From assembly GCA_964234715.1 (NCBI GenBank), contig OZ174290.1: DNA of 64,000 nt; one strand, written 5' to 3'. Positions within the stretch are counted from its first letter, which is position 1; every line of letters begins with the position of its first letter. The translations under genes were made by a program, and so were the position numbers. Of this stretch, positions 24,926-35,600 are shown piece after piece. Below the pieces are notes generated by a model that was not told the DNA's origin, made no database searches, and worked only from the letters and a program-made list of their open reading frames with translations. The DNA is from Podarcis melisellensis. Taxonomy: Eukaryota.

Positions 24926-26981
24926 TCCCCTTTCCCTTACTACTAAGGACATCTGGCAGGAACCAGATGGGAAAGTTGGGAGGGGGGGGAGAAGCGAGGC
25001 TGGGGGTGTCGCATGATGCGCAGGAAGGGTGCAGCTAGAGGTTGCCACGCTCCAGAAGCTGCCTTACACTCGGGGAGGAGCGAGGCACCTGGAAATGGCC
25101 AGCGGAGGAGAAAGCGGCGTCTCAACGTTCCCTGGAAGAGTATTGGGATATGCTATTGTCTGAGCTGCGTTCAAAGAAAAGGAAAACAGGTGGAGAGAGA
25201 GAGAGAGAGAGGGGTGGGGGGTGGGAGAACAGATTTCTGTGTACAGACTTGACTGTTCTCCCATTATGGCTGTGCGTGTTCTGTCTGATCCAGCTGCACA
25301 CTTTGCTGTGTCCGTGGATGGTTTTGAGGTTCAGGAACTCTAGAATACATTTGTACACCACGGCTGGTTTTTATTCTAGGGATTAGAAACGCCACTTATT
25401 TAAACTGTACCCAGGTAGGACCATAGGAAGCTGCCTTTTATCAGGTCAAACTAATTGTGCATTCAGCCCAATATCAACCCCCACCTCCCCCCTCAAACCC
25501 TGGAGCATGTTTGCAAATGATGTGCAACAGTCATGGCCTCTGCAGTGGTGAATTTGTCTTCCTTTTCTTGCTTTTCCATTTCAGCTTTTTGAGTTGGAAT
25601 ATAATTTTATACAGTCAATACCAACTGTTTCCCCTCAGTCTTTTGTTAGCACTTCAAAAGCAGAAAGGTATTTTTTTTTTAATGTCCTAATTAGTTATCA
25701 ACACTTTCAAAGAGGGGGCATCAAAGGGTCTATGGGTGTGAGGAGTACAATGAAATTTAATGAGCTACGTGCCTTTAGTCTTTGAACTTCCATAACCCAA
25801 TCAACCACTTAACTAGCTGATGCAATGAGTTAATAGCTGTCTTCAAGACAGCAGGGCCAGGGGAAGATAAAGTGGACAGCTGGAGCTTGTGCAGCTAATC
25901 TGGAAGTGATGTTGTTAGGGAGACGCATTAAGGAGAGTAAGGATTCTAATATACCCATATCTTAGAAATGGAGAATTATAATACATGCAGATGACTCTCA
26001 AGGTCCCTTCCAACTCTACAATTTTATTATTCTATATACCACTCTAGTTTTCAACAGCCATTCATATAAGCTGCCCTGTACAACAACCCTGTGAGGGAGG
26101 CCAGTATTTTCCCCAAAATGCAGATGGGGGGGGGAGGTTCCTGGGGAGGTGAGCTGAAGCAGATAGATGTGGCTTCATTAAGGCAAGGAAATTACTAATT
26201 CATGTCCCACTTTCTTTGCCACCATAAAAACCAGCTCCATGGTACCTGGCAGTAAAGGCTAGATTTTTCTTCAAAAAATTGAGTTCACTTAGCACCCATT
26301 GATATTAATGGAGTTCAGATAGTTTCCTGAGCATCTGAGCTTCATTTATGTGTCTGTTAATTTTCTACGGTCTTTCTTTCTCAACAAGAAAGTGAAGTAT
26401 TTTTTATTACTAATTTTTAGTCATTAGTACATTAATATCCTCCTTTCCCTCCAAGGAACTCAAGGTTTCATCACCCCATTATATCCTCACATCACCTGTG
26501 TGTGGTAGGTTAGGCTGAGAGATAGTAACTGGCCCAAAGTCACCCAGTGCACTTTCTGCCTGAGTGGCGATTTGAACTCTGGTATCCCAGATTGTAGTCT
26601 GACCCTAACTGCTACACCATGCTGGCTCATATCCTCTTCTTCTAGATATGTTCCTGGCTGCTCCTGAAAATCCCCTCTTCCCAGTTTGAGAACAGCTCAG
26701 TCACTGCTATGCTCTACAATATGCCAAGAATTACAGGTCCATTTCAAATTTACCATTGTAAGAACAAAGGTTATTTGATTTGTCTATCTAGCTTATTGTT
26801 ATCTACTTTGACTGGTAGCAGCTTTCCAGGGAGAGGATATTTTCAGATCACCTGCTGCATAATTCTTCTAACTGGAGATGCCAAGGAACTATATACCAAA
26901 ACACATGCTTAACCAATGTGCTATAGTCCCCCTCAGTTCTCTTGGATCCCTGTTTCTCACTTGTTTGTGCTGGTTTTTTCT

Positions 26982-26982
<1 letters not shown>

Positions 26983-27025
<43 letters not shown>
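26983..27025. repeat. (AAT)n microsatellite
   Basis: Direct reading. Confidence 0.9.
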
Positions 27026-27027
<2 letters not shown>

Positions 27028-27149
27028 AACCCCCCTTTTTTTAAAAAAAGAAAAAGCTGAAAGACTCCAGGGAAAAGTGAGTAGATTAGTGGCATGAGAG
27101 GTGCTAGCCAATCAGTACTACACACAGGCAACTTCAGCTGCAACAGGCA

Positions 27150-27150
<1 letters not shown>

Positions 27151-27196
<46 letters not shown>

Positions 27197-27370
27197 TTTA
27201 TTTATATCCCGCCCTCCCCAGCCGAAGCTGGGCTCAGGGCAGCTAACAACAATCAAAATAGTCCAACATTCTAAAAACATTCATTGTAAAATTAATTAAA
27301 ATCAAATTAAAATCAAATTAATGGCAACCATCAAGCAAAATTCTGTGCAGATTGCCAGAGGAGGGGGTCA
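27151..27370 (-). mobile_element. L2-type 3'UTR fragment with (AAT)n tail
   Basis: Reverse match to the 3' ends of the 9830 and 40393 elements. Confidence 0.65.
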
Positions 27371-27601
27371 GAAGTTCAGAGGAAATTTTTTGAGTGAAGA
27401 AAATGCAGTGGATGCTCTTGCACGGGGGCACAGTTCTATGCTGGCCTTCATAGATGCTGTTTTATTTTCCCACCCCATGTCCTCTTATCCTGCCTTCTCC
27501 CCAAGACTATTTTTGAGAGTCATAGAGTTAAGAGACTTTATTATTAAATGGTGTTCCTTTGTTCCATTCATCCCAACCAGTGCCATTCTTCTGCCTTCCA
27601 G

Positions 27602-28416
27602 ATTATTTCCAGTTTGAGGACCACTGGGACTTCTCTTTTGACTTGACCTCCATTTCCAGCAGCTCTGATGTGAGGCTGGCAGAGTTCCGGGTCTGCCTGA
27701 CGCCTTTCCCCCAGTACAGGAGTGTCACTTTGAACATCTACCACAGCCATGAGCGCACCTGCCATGGGAACCAGACCTGCACAGACAAGATCTTCCTTGG
27801 TTCTTTCATTAGCAGGAACTCCAGCCACTCCTCCTGGAAAGTCTTCAATGCCACCAGCATACTCCGCTTCTGGCTCCACCAGGGGGTATCATTTGGCATG
27901 GGTGCTCCTGATGATCAGGAGAGGCACTGGGTGGAGGAGAACCTATCTCAGGACAATGACGGAAGATCAGCTGATGGGTTCCAGGGAAAATGTGGGTGCA
28001 ATGACGATCAACAGGCCCATGTATTGAGCCATAGCATGACTGACAGAGTCCTACTGGTTATCTTCTCCAAAGATAAGGAACTGGTGGAGCCCTCTCAGGG
28101 CCCAAGTCTCATCAGGACGGTGGAGATGTCCAAGTACATCATGATGGACAACACTTTCAAGGAGACGGGGGGCCGTCGGCACCGGCGGAACAGGAAGCAG
28201 AAGCAAAGGATTAAAGCGGCTAATATTTCCACCGCCAACTTTGGCAAAGAAGGGAGATCTCTGTGCAGGAGGGTAGATATGATTGTGGACTTTGAGCAGA
28301 CTGGCTTCGGAAGTTGGATTGTGCACCCCAAGAAATACAATGCCTACCGGTGTGAGGGAGAGTGCCCGTTGCCTGTTGATGAAACCTTCAAGCCAACAAA
28401 TCATGCATATATTCAG
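27602..28416 (+). CDS. NODAL: Nodal exon 2 (prodomain, furin site RRHRR, mature domain to NHAYIQ)
   Basis: ccttccag| acceptor in phase 1; CRRVDMIVDF...WIVHPKKYNAYRCEGECP...PTNHAYIQ; donor CAG|GTTTGT. Confidence 0.97.
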
Positions 28417-29186
28417 GTTTGTCTTTATGTTTGCATTTTAGGGGTCTTGGAAACTAGAAACTGGGTCCAATGCAGTATATCCAACTGCACAGTCCAGTCT
28501 TATATGCTTTATAAACAGCACATTAAGAACCGTGGAAAGTGAAGCCCATATTTATACACCTGCAAAAACCTTTCTTTTTCTCCTATCCATTAGTTGCTTG
28601 TATGCTCAGCTCTTAGTTCTGTATAGAACAATGATTTAACTAACACCGGGGATCATTTATGTATAAATACTGGTGATGATGAAGAGAAAGAAAAGGGCAT
28701 GAGGAGTCAGGACATGGATCCATGTAGCTCAGTATTACTGGCACTAACTGGCAGTGGTATAATTTAAAAAAATCGTAAGGACAGCTGAGGCAATCGGTGT
28801 TTTTTTCTGGGGGGATTAAGGGGTACACATACCCCTTAACATTTTGTGAATCTAAGTTTGGCCTCATTGAGGGGCAGTATTTCAATATGAGTAGGATAAT
28901 GAAAGTACCCCTAAACATTTTTTTAGGAAAAAAAGCAGTGGGTAGCATCATTTTCAAAAGCCATCTGTTACTAATCTGCAGGGCTGAGGGGGCATGACGA
29001 GTCCCACCCTAGGGCTACCTCCAGGGGGACCATAAGAAGGAGGTCTTATCCCACCAAGAATTTCAGCAAGTGACATAGCACTGGGCTACGATTGTGTCCT
29101 AAGGCTCTGTTTCTCTCCCCACCCCATCAGGAAATGTCAGTCCTGTTTTATTCCCCTACTGGCTTTTTGGGATGAATTGTTAACAT

Positions 29187-29478
29187 TGTTGTTGTTTAGT
29201 CATTTAGTCGTTTCCGACTCTTCGTGACCCAATGGACCAGAGCACGCCAGGCACTCCTGACTTCCCCTGCCTCCTGCAGTTTGGTCAAATTCATGCTGGT
29301 AGCTTTGAGAACACTGTCCAACCATCTCATCCTCTGTTGTCCCCTTCTCCTTATGCCCTCCATCTTTCCCAACATCAGGGTCTTTTCCAGGGAGTCTTCT
29401 CTACTCATGAGGTGGCCAAAGTATTGGAGCCTCAGCTTCAGGATCTGTCCTTCCAGTGAGCACTCAGACCTGATTTCC
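29187..29478 (-). mobile_element. BovB/RTE LINE 3' fragment in Nodal intron 2
   Basis: SLEKTLMLGKMEG.RRRG.QRMRWLD...WRALVH.VTKSR; (CAA)n tail; 9-bp TSD TGTTAACAT. Confidence 0.88.
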
Positions 29479-30848
29479 TGTTAACATGTTGTTAGTTAAT
29501 TACTTTCTCCAGCTCTCTCTAGAAGTTAGGCTTTGGTCCTAAATACTGTACATTTACCTAAGTTCAGGCTGTCAGAACTGGGGATGAAAAGCCAGCTGGC
29601 TCGGTCCCAGCTGGAGCGTCTCTCCTCTCCGCTGCTGCAGAGATCCATCGACTTCTGCTCCTCTGACATTCGTCAGTGACTCAAGCTGCAGTGAATACTT
29701 GAGCACACATTACTCAGCAGTGTAAACTGCACAACAGAAGAGGCTTGAGGCGTAGATACAATACTAAGGCCACACATTTGGCTGTGCTGGCAAGGGCTGA
29801 TGGGAGTTGGAGTCCCAACTTCTAGAAGGTCACAAATTCCTCAGCTTTGGTTTGAACAGACTCCACCATCCCCTGCACAATTCTATAAAGAGGCTCTCAC
29901 TGTTGAGGAAGAAATTTCACTGGCTTTTTAAAAGCCTTGGATTTTTAATTTTTAAGCAACAACAGTCCCAAGTGGGGGCAATTTAATGCTCCTTGTGAGC
30001 TGGTGCATTCCTTGGCCCTGCAATCCCCCCAAATGGAGGTGTTTTTGTCCTGCTTTGACCATGCACAAGGCACAAGAATGCCCTAGGCAGGCATGGCCAC
30101 ATCACCAGAGAGAGCTCCAAGTTAGCAGCTTGCTCCAATAAGCTCTGGAGGCTGGATCTCTGCCAAGGCTTTATATCCCTCTTGGGGCAGAGTGGCACTC
30201 CTTGGCTCCTTCCTGAAGTATGGAGAGCCTTGAAGAGGAATTCCTCCAGCCCTGTCAGCAATCAGCAAGTTTCCTCTGGGTTCCTTCTTTGCACTTGGGT
30301 TTCCTTGATGTAGAAGAGGCTGGTCCCTCAGAAGAAACTAGCCCAGTGGGTGTTCCCAGTTTGGGGGCCTGTCACAAGCCCTCAGTATCAGGCGCCTGGT
30401 CAAATCCCTTCCATAAGTTTATGGCACTGGTCTTTCTGATTGGGCTGGCCGCTCCTCCTCTTAGTCAAATTCCAGACTCTTTTATGTATTTGGGGTGGGT
30501 GTCACAAAATATTTGCACCGGATTCTGCCAGGTCATAATTGGACATGGTGGGACTGCACTGCTTACCTGACTGCCCTCCAGCCAAGTTGCTGCTGCGTTC
30601 TGGATTGAGAGAGGTGAGGCGGTGAGGTCAGCGCAGTGCAAACACATCATCAGAGCCAATCTGGTGCTCCAATCTGCATTTGCACTGCAGTGACCTCACC
30701 ACCTCACTTGCCCCTCTCTGTCGTAGTATGAAGCAGCTAGGGAGGTCAGGTAAGTGGTGTAGCCTCACTGCGCCCTGCCCTACTGCCCTTAACTACACTG
30801 TGCCAGTTCTTGGATATGATGTTTTCTTCTTCCTCCTTTCCCTTTCAG

Positions 30849-31001
30849 AGCTTGCTGAAGTTATACCAACCCAACCGGGTGCCTTGCCCATCTTGTGCCC
30901 CTGTCAAAATGAGCCCTCTGTCTATGATGTACTACGAGAAAGGGAAAGTGAGGGTCCGTCACCATGACGACATGATCATCGAGGAATGTGGCTGCAACTG
31001 A
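30849..31001 (+). CDS. NODAL: Nodal exon 3 ([18 protein letters not shown]...MIIEECGCN*)
   Basis: Polypyrimidine tract and ttcag| acceptor; terminal CGC cystine-knot motif; TGA stop. Confidence 0.97.
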   Translation, partial: SLLKLYQPNRVPCPSCAPVKMSPLSMMYYEKGKVRVRHHDDMIIEECGCN

Positions 31002-32479
31002 TGCATATGAGTCTTAGCTACTTGGTGGATGGGGCCTCCTCCAGATACCAGCTCCCTAAAACTCAAAGCACCTTCTTCTCTTGCAGCAGAAGCCCAAGAA
31101 GCATTGACCTTAAATGGAGGAAAAAGTAGACTCCTCGCCACTTGGAGATCAAGCTGTTTCTCTAGGGTGTTGTCTATATAATCCTTATCAAAATGGGGGA
31201 ATGGAATAGGCAGAGGATTATGACAGGGGTCATGCTTTTCTTATGGAACTTAGTCTGCTCCCAGAAGCAGAGGGTCCTCACAGAAATAACCCCTCTCCCA
31301 CGCCTGGGATTGGTTCCAGGTTTTTTGGGGGGTCCCTTGGCAAAGTAATATCAGCTGAGCCCCTTTCTATCTCAACAGGCCTCCCTGGTGGGCTTGTCTG
31401 GTGGCTTGGAGGCCTCGATGCTGCCATCTTTTTAACTTCCCACAATGCCCCTGATGTAATGTTAATTCAGGGAATTGTGGGAAATTAACACAGAGCCAGC
31501 TGCCCAGTGCAGAAGTTGGTTTAAAGGGGGCTCCAGAGTAGGCATCAGTGGTGGTCCATGCCGGCTCAAACATCTGTAGCTCTTTCCAAAAGTCCCACCT
31601 GTGAGAGATTATTTATAAATAGAGCCCCTATATGCAAAACACAGGTCTACCATTTTTTTCTGAGATCGGTGGGATGATAGGCGCATGCTGAACCACTAGT
31701 GAAGACAGTTGTTTTGTACATGTCTGTAAAGAGCCTCCTTGACTGGTTTTGAGAAAGTAGTGATATATTCCTTAAAAGGTATATAGCCCTCCTTCAAGGT
31801 ATGAGAGGCTCCGTCTGCACTATTATGTTTAAAGCACTATTACACTAATTCAAACAGCAATGGCTTCCCCAAAGAACCTTAGGAACCGTAGTTTGCAAAG
31901 GGTTCTTGGTGTTGTTAGGAGACCATTATTTCTCTCACAGACTACAATACCCAGAGTTCCCTGGGAAGTGGAATTGATTGTTAAACCATCCTGTCATGTA
32001 GATCAATTCAATGTGCATTTATTTGGAAGAAAATTCCTCCGGCTTCAGTGAGGCTTACTCCCAAGTAAATGTGCATTAAAGAATCCACAGTTTGTCATAC
32101 TGCTGACCTCCAGCTTCTTTTTAGTATTAAAGAAAATAACTTCCATTCTTTCAAACTTTGTCTGTCTTGTGTGATTATTCTGTGAAGATTTAAAAGTTTA
32201 AATGAGATCATAACCAAATTTCTGAGTTAACATTTTGTAATACAGATTCTTTCCACCCCCTACAATGTAACTGGGATTTAAATGCATAACTTCAGTGTAG
32301 ATCATCTGAACTAAAATCATAGGGTACAAAGGGAAATGTTGTATAGCAGGTCAGACCATTTGGCTATATTGAATGGCAGTCAGCAGCTTTCTGAGGACCA
32401 CCTTCCCAATCAGCTACTTTGCTCAACCCACTGAGAGCTATGGCCCTTCCCCAACATGAGACGTAACTGAACAGTCCAT

Positions 32480-32700
32480 CTGCTGTGGTGGCCACGCCGA
32501 TACGGAAGGAGTGACCTGAGAATTCCCTTGGATCGCCGCCACAGGCCCCAATGGCCTTATGGAAGACCGTGAAGGCATCTGGTGTCTTCACTGCCTAATG
32601 TACCAGTTAGTGGAAATGCTCCATCACCGCTTGATTGTCCGGCAGAAACAAACCCTGGAATTTCTGAAATGATTTCCCCAGATGCGAAGGGCAACGGCTG
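32480..32700 (-). mobile_element. DIRS/Ngaro-type tyrosine-recombinase retrotransposon remnant
   Basis: Peptide FSGHSFRIGVATTA resembles the YR box-II motif HSFRIGAAT; the surrounding sequence is degenerate. Confidence 0.6.
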
Positions 32701-32962
32701 TTGATTGGGGGGGGTGCGTTCTAGAAACAGGCGAACCAGAACAGGAAAGTGGCAACCGTTCCGAAATCAATGTATTTTTCTGCCTCCCTGTTGGGATAAG
32801 TTTTCAACAGGGGCAGCATGGCTGGAAGAGAAACAGGGGAGGGGGCTAGGGAGGAAAAGGGGGTTACTTCTGCACAGTGCCTCTTGAGTGCTGGGCTTTT
32901 TTATTGAAAAAGGGGGGGAAGGTGCCAGTAATCACCATGGAGATGTTATAATAAGTGCCACA

Positions 32963-33109
32963 TGGCTTAGTCATGCTGGCCACATGACCCAGAAAAACTA
33001 TCTGTGGACAAATGTCGGCTCCCTTGGCCTATAGAGTGAGATGAGCTCCGCAACCCCAGAGTCGTTCGCGACTGGACTTAACTGTCAGGGGTCCTTTACC
33101 TTTACCTTT
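32963..33109 (+). mobile_element. 5'-truncated Sauria SINE
   Basis: 3' half only (ggcttagtcatgctggccacatgaccc...cctttacctttacc). Confidence 0.8.
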
Positions 33110-33926
33110 TATGTAACAACCAAAGATCTTGGATGGTATGGTTGTCATCAATGCTTCAAATAAAGACAATGCAGAGATGAAAGGAGGATTTCTGTGTTTT
33201 GTTTTCCGCCTGTTTTTGCATCTCTGTTGCAGTACCTAGATTGTGCCCCATTCTTTCTAGGGCCCAAAATTCAGCAGAAAACAAAATTTTACATATGAAA
33301 CGATCAATGCAATTGCCCTTGCATTCTGAGAGCAGAACATTTCAGCATAGCTAAATATACACAGCTGCCTTTAATTTACAATCATTATCATGTTTTCTCA
33401 GTTTTGGGCTACAATTTGCCAGGGAGATCTTGCTCCAGTCCCATTCATTTGGGCTTTTCTTTGTTCTGTTGCCAAAACTGGGTATTTCATTTCAAGTTAG
33501 AGCACCAAGGGAAGGAAATAAAAACCAGGGCTTACAGAACACGGTGTATGGTTTTATGTTTTTACATTGTTGTAAATATATTTTTTATAAATAAGTAATA
33601 AAGGCCGAGGGGGGTGTGGATATGGAAAGGGATGAGGTTTGTAATTGGACTGGACAAATGGCTCCTGCAACAAAATGTTGCAGCGTGGAGTGCTCCTCTG
33701 CCTGCCAGCCACCCATTCTCTCTTCCACAATCGTCCCTTCTATTCCACCTGCCTGGTTTTCCACTTCTGAGGATGCTGGGGATTAAATCTGGGAGCTTCT
33801 GCAGGTGAGGCAGTGGATAAAAGTTCTTTCTCCCTCTCCATGATAAAACTTGTGGACAGCCAATGAATCTGAATGTTGGTAAGATTCAGGGCAGCTAAAA
33901 GAAGGCACTTCTTCATGCAGCACCTA

Positions 33927-34284
33927 AGGTAAAGGTAAAGGGACCCCTGACCATAAGGTCCAGTCATGACTGACTCTGGGGTTGCGGCGCTCATCTCCCT
34001 TTATTGGCCGAGGGAGCCAGTGTACAGCTTCCGGGTCATGTGGCCAGCATGACTAAGCCGCTTCTGGCAAACCAGAGCAGCACATGGAAACACCGTTTAC
34101 CATCCCGCTGGAGCGGTACCTATTTATCTACTTGCACTTTGACATGCTTTCGAACTACTAGGTTGGCAGGAGCAGGGACCGAGCAATGGGAGCTCACCCC
34201 GTTGCGGGGATTCGAACCACTGACCTTCTGACTGGCAAGTCCTAGGCTCTGTGGTTTAACCCACAGCGCCACCCGCGTCTCCCG
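33927..34284 (-). mobile_element. Sauria SINE, full length, inside a CR1-like remnant
   Basis: Reverse copy of the 20531 element; TSD TGCAGCACCTA at 33916-33926 and 34285-34295. Confidence 0.9.
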
Positions 34285-34640
34285 TGCAGCACCTAGTAGC
34301 TACCAATTTTAAAAAGATTGAACAAATTCATGGAAGAGAGGGTATCTGCTCTACTGCCACAGTTGGAGGCAGCACTGCTTCTGAGTGTGTACCTTTGCTG
34401 GAAAGCAGAAGACGGGAGAGGGCTCTTGTGCTCAAATGCTGCTTCAGGGTTTCCACAGGCACCTGGCTGGCTGCTGTGAGCAGGGGCAGACCTTGGCGCC
34501 TCAAATTTCAGTGGTGCCCTGTGCCCTGGAGCAACCCCTTCCTCCCCAAATATTCTATTGAATGTCATAGTTGTGGTCCCTGCTGAGGTGCCCTAGAAAC
34601 TCTGTCCCGGGTGCAACCAAACCAGTCACACTCCCTTAGG

Positions 34641-35600
34641 AGTTGTAAAGACTGCGGAGAGAATAATTTGGTGTACTCTTCCCACCTTGGATCAAATCTA
34701 TGCTTCCAGGTGCCATAAGAAAACTGCAGAGATAGTGCAGGATAGTGCGCACCCCGGAAATGATCTCTTTCAGCTTCTGCCTTCTGGAAGAAGGTACAGG
34801 GTTATAAAGACTAGGACTAGCCGCCTGAGAAACAGTTTATGTCCAAATGCGATTGGGTTTTAAATACAGTATAAGGAGTCTCTAAGGGACGCGGGTGGCA
34901 CTGTGGGTTAAACCACAGAGCCTAGGACTTGCCGATTAGAAGATCAGCTGTTTGAATCCCCATAACAGGGTGAGCTCCCGTTGCTCGGTCCCTGCTCCTG
35001 CCAACCTAGCAGTTTGAAAGCACGTCAAAGTGCAAGTAGATAAATAGGTACCACTCCAGCGGGAAGGTAAACAGCGTTTCCGTGTGCTGCTTTGGTTCAC
35101 CAGAAGCGGCTTAGTCATGCTGGCCACATGACCCGGAAGTTGTCTGCGGACAAACGCCGGCTCCCTCGGCCTTTAGAGCGAGATGAGCGTGCAACCCCAG
35201 AGTAGATCACGACTGGACCTAATGGTCAGGGGTCCACTGCTGTGCACTGCTCTGGTTCGCCAGAAGTGGCTTAGTCATGCTGGCCACATGACCCGGAAGC
35301 TGTACGCCGGCTCCCTCGGCCAATAAAGCGAGATGAGCGCTGCAACCCCAGAGTCAGGCACAACTGGACCTAATGGTCAGGGGTCCCTTTACCTTTACCT
35401 TTACCTTTAAGGAGTCTCTATGGGAGTATATTGTATTTTAAAATGGGGTGTCAGAGTTTTTAGGGGGCTAACCAGGTTAGGATAGCTGGGATAATAGGCT
35501 TGTTGGTTTTTGAATGTCTTATGTAGATTTTTTCAATTTCATTGTTTTGTATGGGACAATGACAATAAAGATTATCGTATTGTATCATCATATCGTATCA
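34641..35600 (+). mobile_element. Rex1/Babar LINE 3' fragment, host of a SINE
   Basis: Translates to ...DSAHPGNDLFQLLPSGRRYRVIKTRTSRLRNS (Rex1-type C-terminus); gacaataaag followed by a (TATCG)-like tail. Confidence 0.7.
34886..35407 (+). mobile_element. Composite Sauria SINE with duplicated 3' half
   Basis: Full SINE plus a second 3' half; a single TSD TAAGGAGTCTCTA at 34872-34884 and 35408-35420. Confidence 0.88.

Larger units (their letters stand above)
24314..31001 (+). other. NODAL: Nodal gene span (Nodal2-type TGF-beta ligand, 425 aa, 3 coding exons)
   Basis: 310+815+153 = 1278 nt in frame; signal peptide, prodomain, RXXR cleavage site and 7-Cys mature domain. Confidence 0.95.

Noticed and set aside
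24272-24946. 224-aa ORF as a standalone gene
   Set aside because: It is Nodal exon 1 plus intron read-through past the GTAAGT donor at 24624.
27611-27613. Alternative Nodal exon-2 acceptor (ttccag|TTT)
   Set aside because: Phase 0, incompatible with the phase-1 exon-1 donor; 27602 keeps the frame.
31831-31840. AAAGCACTA as a miR-430/302 site
   Set aside because: Lacks the GCACTT core and lies in a repeat-like segment.
32075-33167. Nodal poly(A) signal
   Set aside because: Only ATTAAA (about 32075 and 32126) or a distant AATAAA (about 33160) are available; cannot choose without 3' end data.
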